A program made the translations under genes and the position numbers. A stretch of 64,000 nucleotides of DNA from Lama glama. Lineage: Eukaryota. The stretch lies in assembly GCA_028534125.1 (NCBI GenBank), contig CM052818.1:39186001-39250000 (forward strand). Reading direction: 5' to 3'. The notes under the pieces were generated by a model. That model saw nothing but the letters and a program-made list of their open reading frames with translations. It ran no database searches and was not told the origin of the DNA. Positions within the stretch are counted from its first letter, which is position 1, and every line of letters begins with the position of its first letter. Positions 51,665-64,000 of this stretch are shown piece by piece.

Positions 51665-52185
51665 TTCAGATTGGGATTATGCTAGCTGCTATAATAAATG
51701 AACCCCAAAACAGTATTGGTTTAAGCCATTAAAGTTTATTTCTGGGTAGGGAGGGTATAGCTCAGTGGTAGAGCAAGTGCTTAGCACTCGCAAGGTCCTG
51801 GGTTCAATCCTCAGTACCTCCATTATAAATAAACAAACAAACAAACAAACAAACAAACTGAATCCTCCCTGCCCCAAGGAAAAAAAAATCCTGTTTGTGT
51901 TACCATCCAGTGTCACCCTGTGGCTTTCCTCTGTTTGGCAGTCCCATCTTGGGACTCTGCCATGCCCCAGGGCCTCAGAGTTCTCTGCACTCAGACATCG
52001 GAGAATGAGGGAAAAGGAGAGTAAAGACGTTGTGGGGGGAACCGCCCCACTCTTATTAAAACCCCTGGCCCAGTTTGACTCAGGTTGTTCCTGCTCACAT
52101 TCAGTTGGTAATAACTATTCATACAGCCACCTGGACATAAGAGGTGCTGGAGAAGGGATGCTAGGAAATGTAGTCCCTGGCAGGG
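51665..52185 (-). mobile_element. Old MaLR LTR (MLT1J/K-like) interrupted by a SINE
   Basis: TATGCTAGCTGCTATAATAAATGAACCCCAAAA...AAAGTTTATTTCT, and GCTAGGAAATGTAGTC near the end. Confidence 0.6.
51744..51888 (+). mobile_element. Vic-1-like SINE
   Basis: GGGAGGGTATAGCTCAGTGGTAGAGCAAGTGCTTAGCACTCGCAAGGTCCTGGGTTCAATCC, then an (AAAC)n middle and an A tail. Confidence 0.92.
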
Positions 52186-53067
52186 CCATGACCATTTCTG
52201 CTACACAAACATCCCCTACTCTGTCCTCCCTCTCCACTACACTTGTTCCACACTATTGCCTCTGACTTGGCTCAGCCTTTCTCATTCCCAGCCTAGTTTC
52301 CATCTACTATCAGCTTAGGTCTCCCCTCCCCTGGGAAACCTATGCTGCAGATTAGATGCTCTTGTTCCATGCTTCCGTAACACCCTTGTGACCCTGTGAT
52401 AGCAGATATTATCTCTCCCATAATGACCATGATGGCTTCCTATCTTTTCCCCTCCAGACTGTAAAAAACTACAGAGGAGACACAGTATCTTGTTCATTCT
52501 TATATCCCCATCCCGTGGTATATCCTCAATAAAAATATGCTAAAGTCAGGTGAATAAGATGAAGCCATTATTTAAAAGAGAAAAGTAGGTTAAACTTTGC
52601 TATTTGAAGAGCTTCAAACTTGCCCTAATTTCTTTTATTGTGGTTGTTTCTGCATGACTTTCCCCTAGAAATAACACCACCAAAAAGGATAAGCTGTTTG
52701 CTAATAGTATCTTAAAATTATTTTCTCCCCCAAGATGGTGTGCATGTTAGATAAAAATTATCCAGACAAAACTTCCATAATCATATTGTTCTCCCTTAAT
52801 ACACAGTTAGTATGCTCTCTAGTGATTGACATTCAGCCACCATCTCATGGTCCATTTCAGAGTCCTAGCACAGGGAAAGCAGACCTTAAGAGCTGATCTG
52901 ATGCTATGTTAAATGTAATTTATTTGGAATATGGATTGATTTTGGCTTACACAGATGAACCAGATAGCTTTCCCCCCATCTTATCTTTCTATTCTATCTT
53001 ACTGTTTTTATTTGATTACATGGTATTTTTTTTTGTCTGCCACATTTTATATCAAGACAGAATAATA

Positions 53068-53230
53068 TAGTGCTGCACATGAGAATCACCTGGAGAGCTT
53101 TTTCTATTTCCAATGCCCAGGTCTGACCCGTAACAATTAATTCAGGATGCCTGGGGGTAGTAGCCAGGTAGCAGTGGTTTCTAAATATCCTCAGGTGATT
53201 CTAATGTGCTGCAGAGTTTGGAAACTGGTG
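53068..53230. mobile_element. MER5A (hAT MITE)
   Basis: CTGCACATGAGAATCACCTGGAGAGCTT...CAGGTGATTCTAATGTGCTGC, with inverted arms. Confidence 0.85.
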
Positions 53231-54222
53231 TGGTAGGTTTTAATCTCAGTTCTGACACATACTGGCTTTGTAACTTTGGACATGGAATTTAACTTCTTTG
53301 TGGAGTTAAATAATATAAAAGTATCTTCCTTATAGTGCTGCTGTAAGGATGAAATGATTCAAAATAAACAAGGCCATTGGCTCCGTGCATAGAAGACAGG
53401 AAGGGCTATGGAACTTTATGTGTGTGGCAGGGGGATGGTATTATTAGTCTACTTCTGGTAAGTGGAGAAATGTCATAATTCATTCTGAGCTAAATTGCTA
53501 CCATCCCATTCCACCGTTTAGTGTAGCTTGGCTTAACTATAGCCTCTCAGATAGTTTGGAAGTATTATTCAAACTAGGATAATTGTCCGTGGACAACTCC
53601 TTCAATGTTGTAGAAGTAAACAAAGTCTCTGCTCTTCCAGAATTTACATTTTTGTGGAGGAGATAAATGATCAACAAATCAACATATAATTTCAGGCAGT
53701 GTTCATTGAGGCCATGCCAATGCAATAAACTTTACACTGAATTCAGTGTGGTCTTCAGCTAAGAATGGCAGAGGGGAAGACCTCTCTGTTCCCTAAAAGG
53801 AAATGTACTTTCCAAAGAGTAAAACCATTATATTTTCTTAAAAATGAAAAAGTTGTAAGTCTCATACAAATACAGAATGAAGACATGTCAAAGATTTTAT
53901 TGACACATTAATTAACGAGGGGGACACAGAGATGTCAGAACCTGTTTAAAGGACAATGTTAAGTGCCCACTTACATTGCTGAAATCAGGAATAGGAAATG
54001 AACTTACAAATAGTTGCAAAATGGCTTTTTCCAAGGAGGGGTATTCAATACAAAGTTCAATGGACAAGAATATTTCCTCTTTCTATTAGTTATCTACAAT
54101 TTAGAGCTGGATAGATGTCAACTGAAAAAAATACGTACAACTTGAAAGTTGAGAATTGTGTTTTATTCAGATTTTCTGAAAACTTAAGCCTGGGAGGAGG
54201 AGCCAGGATGTGTAGGAGTTTT

Positions 54223-54237
54223 GCGTGTGCGCGCGCG

Positions 54238-54284
<47 letters not shown>
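54223..54284. repeat. Compound (GC)n(AC)n alternating purine-pyrimidine tract
   Basis: GCGTGTGCGCGCGCGCGCGCGCGCACACAC..., directly visible. Confidence 0.95.
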
Positions 54285-54288
<4 letters not shown>

Positions 54289-54759
54289 CATAACATCAAG
54301 AGTACTGTTAATGAAAGAAAACCAGATTGAAGTTATTTGTTTGCTATACACTTTAACTATCTAAAGCCAGTAACCTGTTTTCTCCAACTTGACTCCCCTA
54401 AGGGTGCCCAGTTGGGAATAGCTGCAGAGGCTGATCCCACAACATCCTTTGCTTACTGAGATGGCAGGTTGACATTCTTTATCCACAGAGAACCCCACAA
54501 AGAAAGATGGAGAGCTCTCGTAGATTAAAAATACCCAGAAAGGTGTACCAGACTATGCTTGTTTTTCACTGCAGACACCCGGGAATCGTTTGGCCCATTT
54601 CCATGTGTTTCTTAATTTTTCCCTATTAAAAAAATCGCTCTATCCGTAAACACTCAGAAGCTAAGCAGTTCTGCCACTTTATTTCGCTTTGACTCTCTTC
54701 AGTCCTCTTGCTTCTACAGCTGCTTCTGGCAGGGTTGGGTGGTAGTTCTTAGCTTCCAC

Positions 54760-55830
<1,071 letters not shown>

Positions 55831-58800
55831 AAGAGAGAAACGGGGTTGGGAAAGGCAGAGGCCTTGCGGGCTGGGAGAAGGGGGCGGGATGAAGGTGCTT
55901 GGTTTTGGTGTCTAGGGGTTCTGGAAATTACCAGGTTTCGGGATTTTGTGTGTTTCCGTAATCTGAAAGAACCGACACCCCCCAGCCCCGGTCCCCTAGT
56001 GGTTCGGGGAATTTTTTTACCCCTAACGAAACTATTAGGAGAGGATCTTTGTAGATGTAGCCTAGTTTTAACATTGTATTTTGCGTAAAGGGAAAGCGGC
56101 AGATCCAGTTTTAACGCAGTCGTATGTGGTTCCTGGACATTGTTACAGTGTGTTTGTGATGTAGGCAGAAACGCCTCCGTTGTGATTCTGGCAATTCGCT
56201 TGGAAGTAATACCATTTGCCAGAATTTACACTAGATCTGCCTTTTCCTGATGCATTTCTCCCCCTGCTCATGAGACATTTTTCATATCAGACCCATTCCT
56301 TTTTTTTAATGAACTTTATTGAGAGCCTACTCTGTTTTGGCCACATATGCATTCCCTAGGTTCCAGGATTTATATAATTATATGTCATAACCAAATTGAC
56401 AGTGTTCTTGATTGGTTCACTAGTAATGCTTTTTGTGATGTCTTACCACTGTCTCCAGTATCCATACACATTGAAGCTAATTTGTGACTTGTAAATACCT
56501 GATTCTGTTCAGGTAGTTTTAGGTTTTGATGACTTTACAGAAGTTTTGACAAACATATTGTTTTGGCCACTTTCGCTAGTTACTTTGTAATTAAAAATTT
56601 TTTTATTTAGTTCTGATTAGGGAGGTTGTGGCATTAGTGATACTGCAGTTTCTGATAACTCCTGCAAACTGCAAAAAAGGAAGAGCTTTATCAAAGACAT
56701 TCTTTTTATCTTTGTTTTCATTACTTCCCAACGCACAGCCTCGAAATTATTACCATTTGACAAGCACCAGACAAGAATCATCTTCAGTTAGGCAGATAGG
56801 TTTCATGGCCCACCCTCAGGGGACCTGAACTCCATTATTCCTGAGTACCATGTTGTTGTTTTTACAGTCTTCTTCATTAATGTACATTAAAAATAACAAA
56901 ACTTGAAAGTGTAGGCTTATTTGCTTGTTTCTTTTAATATTTTCTGTACTTTTATATTTAGAAACATCGTTTTATTGCTGTATCACATTTCCCCACAAAG
57001 ACCCCCCTCCCTTGTACATTTTAACTGATTTATAATACTGAACATTGATCAGTTCATGGCAACAGCAGCATTGTATTTCCAACTTTTACTTCTGCATTTT
57101 ACTAAAGGCCTGGGTTTTCAATTTCTTTTGTTTGTCCTTAGCTCTGCCTTCCACTCCCCTGAATGAATAATTCAAATCTTTAGGGTCCTCAAGCCTGTCA
57201 CTCAACCCTGCCTCCTTCATCCCTAAAAGATGACCTTCTCTCCTACTTAACTGAGAAATAGAGTCCCGCAGCCTCGGACTCGTGCCTGCCCACTAAATCT
57301 TCCTGTTTTCAGATCCTTCCCTCCATTCACAGAACAAAGGATTTCTAACTCCTCCTCACGAAGAAAATAAGCACCATCTAAATTTCAACCATCTGAATGT
57401 AATTGGCTGTATTTCTTTCCAAGGCAGATTTTTTTTGATGCTGTGGGCTTGGCTCATAAAAATGAAAGGAATAGTAAGGAAAAGTGGGAGTTATAAACAG
57501 TGAAACTCAAAATGCAGAGACAACAACTTTCGTAACGGTATTTATTCTCCCAATATGGGAATCACGGAGTTTTAAATCTGTTCCCCACTGGAAGCACTTG
57601 ATGTGAAAACATTTCACATTATCTCCCTTTTTCCATGCTTTAGTTTCACAGTTTTAAAAGAGATGGCAAAGCTCTTGTTTCTTTGCATGGATTTTTTCTG
57701 GTTAGTAGAACATTATAAGGTGCTTAAGTCAGTTTATCTATTTTAAGAGATTTATTGATCATCTACAGTGTAAATAGCTATGATGCACATACAAAAAGAA
57801 TAAATCACAGGGGCATGTGTTATTCGTCTTTTATGTTCTTATTAATCTGCCACACAGAGGCTCTCAGATGTTTCTCGTCTTGAACATAGTATTTGCCCTT
57901 AAGATGTTGATAGTATTACAAAGAACTTTGGGGCACAGATACGAAAATGAAACTTTATGGTACAGTGTCGGGGAAGAGAAGATGATCAGTAATATCAGAT
58001 TCAAATTGGATTAAGAACTGGAAAAGGCTATTGGTTTTGTTGATTACAATATTGCTAGTGACTTTCGAAGTTGTGGCTTCAGTGTCATAGCAATATAAAG
58101 ACACAGTTTCTGCCTAGTTGGGGACACATGTAACATTTAGAAAAAACAAGACCACCAAGACATAAAGAGGACTTATCTAAGCAGTGCATTTTTGTTGCCA
58201 GAAGCTTCTTTACTAAGGCAAAGAAATAATACGGGAGTGGGTGAAGTAGAATGTCACTTCCCTCTCCAAGTACCTTGTCACAATAGTCTTCCTCCTCAGT
58301 TCTGGGTGGGAGACTATGGTTCTTTTTAGATTGCCTCTGTGGGGTTTGGAACCTGAGAGGTGTAGTTCTCCCTCCTCCTGGGTGCAGACACTGTATCAAT
58401 GACTTTGTATCTGACAGAGTGTCATTGCTTTCTAGCAACTGCTTCTTCTGAGCTAGTGTTAAGGTGATTGCACACTGTATATCAAAGGATTAATTGTATG
58501 GTATTAAATAGAGCAGTAGGACACAGAGAAGCCAAAGCCAACTATTACATGCACCAGCCCTGAAGTGTTAGCCTTTGGCATTTAGATTTGAAAGAAACCT
58601 TCCTGGCTTAATATGGTTTAAGGCATATGAAATTTCAGTATAAGCTCCAGTTTAAGCTGATAGTTGTAAATTGTTTTCTTTATTGGTTATTGAAAAATCT
58701 GAAGTCAGATGATTTAGAACAGCAGTTTCTTATGTGGTATAAGTTCAAATGTTTATTGTACAATTGAATGAGCTTAAAAGTCTGCTGCAAGGTTGTCCTC

Positions 58801-61184
58801 CTTCATGGTAATGCTGTACCAACAAGAAGACATTTTGAGAAGTTGTCATAATTTTAGGTCTTGGAAAGATTTCATTTATGGGTGATTTTTCATGAGTGTC
58901 TCAACCGTAAACAGTCTAAAAACTAGGTAGCTAGAAAGGAAGCAAAGACAGGCTTCCTCAAGCGCTGTATTCCTTTCCAGCCCTCATCGTGGACTCCTTT
59001 AAATAAGTGTACCTTGTTTATATTTCAAAGTTAAGTATCTTTCCTCAAACATGTTTTCTGCCTCAGTGCCTTTGCATATACTGTTCCTGCTCCCCCAAAT
59101 TCTTTTCTCTAAGGTCACTTTTTAAAAACTTAATTGAGAAAAATCTCAAATATGCAAAAATAATGAAATGGTATAAAAATCTCTTATTTACTCATTACAC
59201 AGCTTCAACTAGTAGCAACCATTTTGCCAATTCCACTTAGTTTTTTTTTCCACAATTGTTTTCTTGGTGAAGCTTCCTTGCTTCCCAGCCAGAGGGATCT
59301 GGTTTCCTCCCTGTGTACCTTGAAAAGTTACTGTGCATACCTTTTGTATGTACTTATTCAATAACACTAATTACACATTAGTGTGATTATCTTTTTAAAC
59401 GTTTTCTTCCCCACAATAAGATACACCTTCCTGTATGAAATGTGTATAGTAGTAACTTATTAGAGCATTTGAAGTATTCAATTAAATACTTGAATTAAAT
59501 GAATTCTCCAAAAATAGTAGGAATAACTCATTTGTAACTGTACATAATGGTAAACAACTATAGATACATATATAGTGCACATTTAGCAAAATTTTAAAGA
59601 TAGTCAATTTTGGCCTTTATCTGATGAGAGTCTTTGTCTCCTGAGGACTTTTATCAGTATGTTCTAAAACATTGCTCTAATTATATAGTCTTAGGAGATA
59701 CTGAGTTGTGGGAAAATATGCTGTGGGAAAACTAAAGAGTAATGATTTAAAAAAAAAAAAAAAAGCAACCAGAAACAGAAACAAAGACGGATCCTCAATG
59801 GATCTTCTGGGAGGGGTGTGGTAATGAAATGAGAAAGCAAAGAGAAATTACTCTCCCAAGACTAAGTGCTTTCAAAGATTTGATACTGTTCCTTTGAAAC
59901 AAGTGAAATTGAACAGATACGCTTTTTTTGTTGTTTTTTTAGCTTATATAAGGTATGCAAAAGGCTTACAAAAATAACAAACCATGCTATTTAATCCACT
60001 AAATATAGTACCTTTCCTACACTGGTGTGTCCATTCCCTATGCTGTTAATTTATATGAGTATTTGCTGCATTCTCTACCTTTCCATATTACTGGGTTTAG
60101 AAGTGATCATTATTTTAAGTATATTCTTATAATTTTCTTTCCTGAATGCAGCAAAAGGGAAAAATGGATCAGGAATAAGTGTTCTGGAGTTGTGTGTACC
60201 TAGTTGCTGTCTTTAGAGAAATTTTACATTGTAAGACCAAAAAGTTAATTTTATGTATGTTTTGAAAAATGCTACGTGGAACTTAGAAATACCAACTGTA
60301 ATCAAAAGTAAATAGGATAGGTGCTCAGTGATAATTCTTTTAAGATCTCAAGGATAGATTTTCCAGATTAGTACTTTAAAATGTAAGTTGGGGTTCTAAT
60401 GAAATACAATTAATTCAATGAAGATTTGAAAAATTGAGCTTTTAATGAAGTAGCACTGAACTTATTTTACCATTTCTTGGTCATTTTGATTAGACCTATG
60501 ATTTCTTTAATATTCAGGGGTATGACTCCCAAAATGAAATTTGGAGTGTCACTAATACTAGAAGATGTAATAGTGGGTGAGTCTGTGACTTACCCATGGA
60601 AGAGAAGAAAAGAGATTTTTATAAATTCTACGTGTGATAAAAATAAGGGAAAATTAAACTCCTAAACTTTCATTTAGTAATTGAGTTTGCATGTTTTTTT
60701 TGTTTTGACATGAGTGTTTTCTGTACAGTGCAGAGCTTTTAAACTGTGACTGTATCATGCTTAGCAGAGAAGAGTTTGCTGAATTGATTTCAAACTGATT
60801 TCCATACACAGTATTTTAGTAGATATATCTGATTGTTCAATAATTCACCTAATCATATTAACTCATAAGCCACATACACTGTCCAAAATCCATTGCAGTA
60901 AAGATGGGCCATTAAAAAAAATCAGCCTTCAACTGTGGAGCCACCTTGCAAATATGATTATCTCTTGTAAGACCTTTCAAGCGTTGAAGGATAAAAGACC
61001 TTGCCTTTGAGCAGTGCAGGGAAGAAGGCATGTTACTGAACATGTTTATTTAGAGAGTAAAGTATAAACATTTTATAGCCTTAGAGAATGGTTTCTTTTG
61101 GAAAGCTCTCAAAACAAGAATTACTTAGGAATGGTTATAAGTAATTATGTAGTGCTAAGAAGCAGGATGTCTTAAAAAGAACCA

Positions 61185-61365
61185 GATTTGTATGCTAGCT
61201 CTGTCCTCTAACAGCTCAGTGAGTGAACTTAACACATGCTATTTCACTTTGCTGAATTTTAGTTTCCTCATGTGCAAATGGGCTTAAGTAATATTTAATT
61301 TCACAAGGTTATTGGGAGGAATAAGTGAAGTATATATGTAAATATACTTGATTTATAATAGATCC
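61185..61365 (+). mobile_element. MIR in LAPTM4A intron 1
   Basis: TTCACTTTGCTGAATTTTAGTTTCCTCATGTGCAAATGGG...CACAAGGTTATTGGGAGGAATAAGTGA. Confidence 0.75.
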
Positions 61366-61469
61366 TCAGAAATATCAGACGATTCTGAATTAGATATCGT
61401 GACATTGTTTATCTTATTGAAAGATAAAACTTGGGCTGCTTGTCTAAGAGAATGTGAAATGCCTCCAAC

Positions 61470-63330
61470 TGGTAAATTGTTTTTAATCATTCAGGGTGGA
61501 CCAGAGAGAGCTGTATAATAGAGATTGTTTAAAATAGTGTTGATAAACCTTAGATATCCCTTGAAAAAATCCTATATTCAGATTTTCGCAAAGAGGAGGA
61601 AGACATTCTGTGAACTTTAGATGGGGGAGCCTCCATCCTAGGCAAGATTTCTGTATCACATCATTAGCAGGGTGGTTGTGAACACTTAAAGGAAATGGTG
61701 CCTCCTGGGTTAACTGCGGGATTCACTAACTAGAGGCATAAATAATTTCCTTTTTGACTGGACTAGGAAAATTCAGATAGCATGATGGGGTTTCAGCAAG
61801 GTGTTTGGCAAAATCTCAAGATGTTCTTCTGGACCAGAGAAAGACTTTTGTTCAAAGGTTGTTGACTAATGGGAGGAGAACAGCCTCTGGCAGCTTTGTC
61901 CTCAGCGCTGTTCTCTTGCTGGTGACTTAGATGGAGACTCTGATTACATGCTCATCATGTTTTCAAATGCAGGAAGCTGAGAGAGAGTCAGTCTGAATGG
62001 TGTCAGAATCTAGATGGAGAATTTTTTTTTTAATTGAAGTTTAGTCAGTTTGCAATGTGTCAATTTCTGGTGTACAGCATATTTCAGTCATACGTATACA
62101 TACATATATTCTTTTCTATATTCTTTTTCATTATAGGTTACTATAAGATATTGAATATAGTTCCCCATGCTATACAGAAGAAACTTGTTTACCTATTTTA
62201 TATATAATTGTTAGTATCTGCAAATCTAGAACTCCCAATTTATCCCTTTCCACACCCTCCCTTCCCCTGTAACTGTAAGATTGTTTACTATGTCTGTGAG
62301 TCTGTTTCTGTTTCTTAGAAAAGTTCATTAGAGTCTTCCTTTTACTTTTTTTAGATTCCGTATATAAGTGATACCATATGGTATTTTTCTTTCTGGCTTT
62401 ACTTCACTTAGAATGATGATCTCTAGGTCCATCCATGTTGCTGCAAATGGCATTATTTTGTTCTTTTTAATGGCTGAGTAGTATTCCATTGTATAAATAT
62501 ACCACAGGCTTCTTAACCCAGTCATCTGTTGATGGACATTTAAGTTCTTTCCATGTCTTGGCTATTGTATATAGTGCTGCTGTGAACATTGGGGTGCATG
62601 TATCTTTTCAAATTAGAATTCTCTCCTGATATATGCCCAGGAGTGGGATTGCTGGATCTTATGGTAAGTATTTTTAGTTTTTTGAGGAATCTCCTAGATG
62701 GAGAAAATCTTGATAGGCAAGAATGTTAGTAAGATGAAATTTGATTGCAGATATATATAAGGGTTCATGCTTGCACCTCTGAATCCAACTATAGGTACAG
62801 GTGGTAGCCTAACAGGATCAAGTATGAAAAAGAATTAAGGGTTTTATGGAGTCACTCATAGGTGACATTCAGAAAACTTAAGCAGCCAGTACAGTTTCAG
62901 ACTGTATTACTTGAAATTTGTTAAACTAGCATATGGGAACTGAGGTCTGGTGTGTTGTGATTGGACTGATCTTCACTCATTTAAATAGTATGTTGAACAA
63001 ATTGGAGCATGTGTATAGAGGAGAGCAAAGAGAAACTAGTGAGGTAGCTGGAAACATGTAGTTAGAAAAATGGTTTAAGTACCTGAGTGTTTATTCTAGA
63101 AAAGACAGTATTTGGAGGCATGTGTTGGCTGCCCTTAGGTGTTAGGGGAGCACTTATTTGGAAGGGCTAGCAAACTAGCTCAAACGGTAGAATTAAGACC
63201 AATAGGTGAAAGTTAAGTGACATGATCAAAATCTTGGAAAGTCTTTTAACCATTTGAAGGTAGCTTTATAGGAAATAGTTCCCCATCACTAGATAGGAGA
63301 TAGTGTGGAGGGGCTTTCGGCTGATCTGCT
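61470..63330 (+). mobile_element. Highly degraded L3/CR1 LINE interrupted by an L1
   Basis: CR1-RT-like remnants TTTCAGCAAGGTGTTTGGCAAAATCTC and ATGCTCATCATGTTTTCAAATG, then after the L1 AAGATGAAATTT, AGAATTAAGACCAATAGGTGAAAGTTA and TTCCCCATCACTAGA. Confidence 0.6.
62022..62693 (-). mobile_element. Camelid-type L1 3' end, antisense in LAPTM4A intron 1
   Basis: Poly-T followed by the L1 3' UTR and the ORF2 end (WYIYTMEYYSAIKKNKIMPFAATWMDLE). Perfect 12-bp TSD CTAGATGGAGAA at 62010-62021 and 62694-62705. Confidence 0.95.
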
Positions 63331-63740
63331 GGATCATTACCTACTTTGCCGATGGATATTATGTTTATCTGATAGATAAGTATATTGGACTAACTGTAGC
63401 TTCTTTAAACCTGGAAATTCTGATACTGGGTTATGAATAAATATGTGACTCTGACATGAACAATTTGTGATGATCTCTCAACTTAAATTGGTATCCCTTT
63501 TTATTCTGTGGTATTAACACAGGATCAAACATCTTTTCTCTGAGACAGTATCAAGTTTATACTTTAATTTTATGAAATATTTATTTTAAACCATTCTTAA
63601 AGTGATAGTTGTGTATTACTTTATCTCATAGGTAGTCTCCTTTTTATGTCTTTGTTACTTTAAGTAAAACAATGTTCAGTAGGGGAAGATGTCTAAGGAT
63701 TATGATTATTCTGAAGACGCTTTCCTGGTTAATAATGTAA

Positions 63741-63914
<174 letters not shown>

Positions 63915-64000
63915 TAATTATGCGCACACTTGTGACTTAGGGGAGGATTGATTAAATTATGTTTGTTATTATACTTGCTGAGGCATAAAATGTTTTCCTA

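Noticed and set aside
51744..51820. tRNA-like sequences (also at about 5680-5753, 26385 and 44000-44066)
   Set aside because: These are SINE heads with A-rich tails, TSDs in two cases, and divergence between copies. They are not tRNA genes.

Overview
Mammalian genomic DNA, most likely a camelid (Vicugna/Camelus/Lama), judged from the Vic-1-type tRNA-derived SINEs and the L1 3' ends. The only supportable protein-coding gene is the 5' part of LAPTM4A on the + strand. It has a CpG-island promoter at about 54.8-55.8 kb, coding exon 1 at 55497-55607 and exon 2 at 63765-63885, and continues past the window end. The first ~54 kb is repeat-rich intergenic DNA (by human synteny, probably between SDC1 and LAPTM4A; inference). 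It contains ERV1, ERVL and MaLR solo LTRs, hAT DNA transposons, L1/L2/L3 and MIR fragments, SINEs, microsatellites, an orphan CpG island at about 20.2-20.8 kb and several enhancer-like motif clusters. I found no convincing new biological system. The best leads are possible alternative LAPTM4A N-termini (an in-frame CTG extension and a candidate upstream ATG|GT first exon), the CLEAR/CRE promoter module, several nested insertions and two old local direct repeats. Repeat family names were recognised by eye, not by search. Apart from the LAPTM4A and L1-derived ORFs, the ORF-track entries look like chance ORFs.
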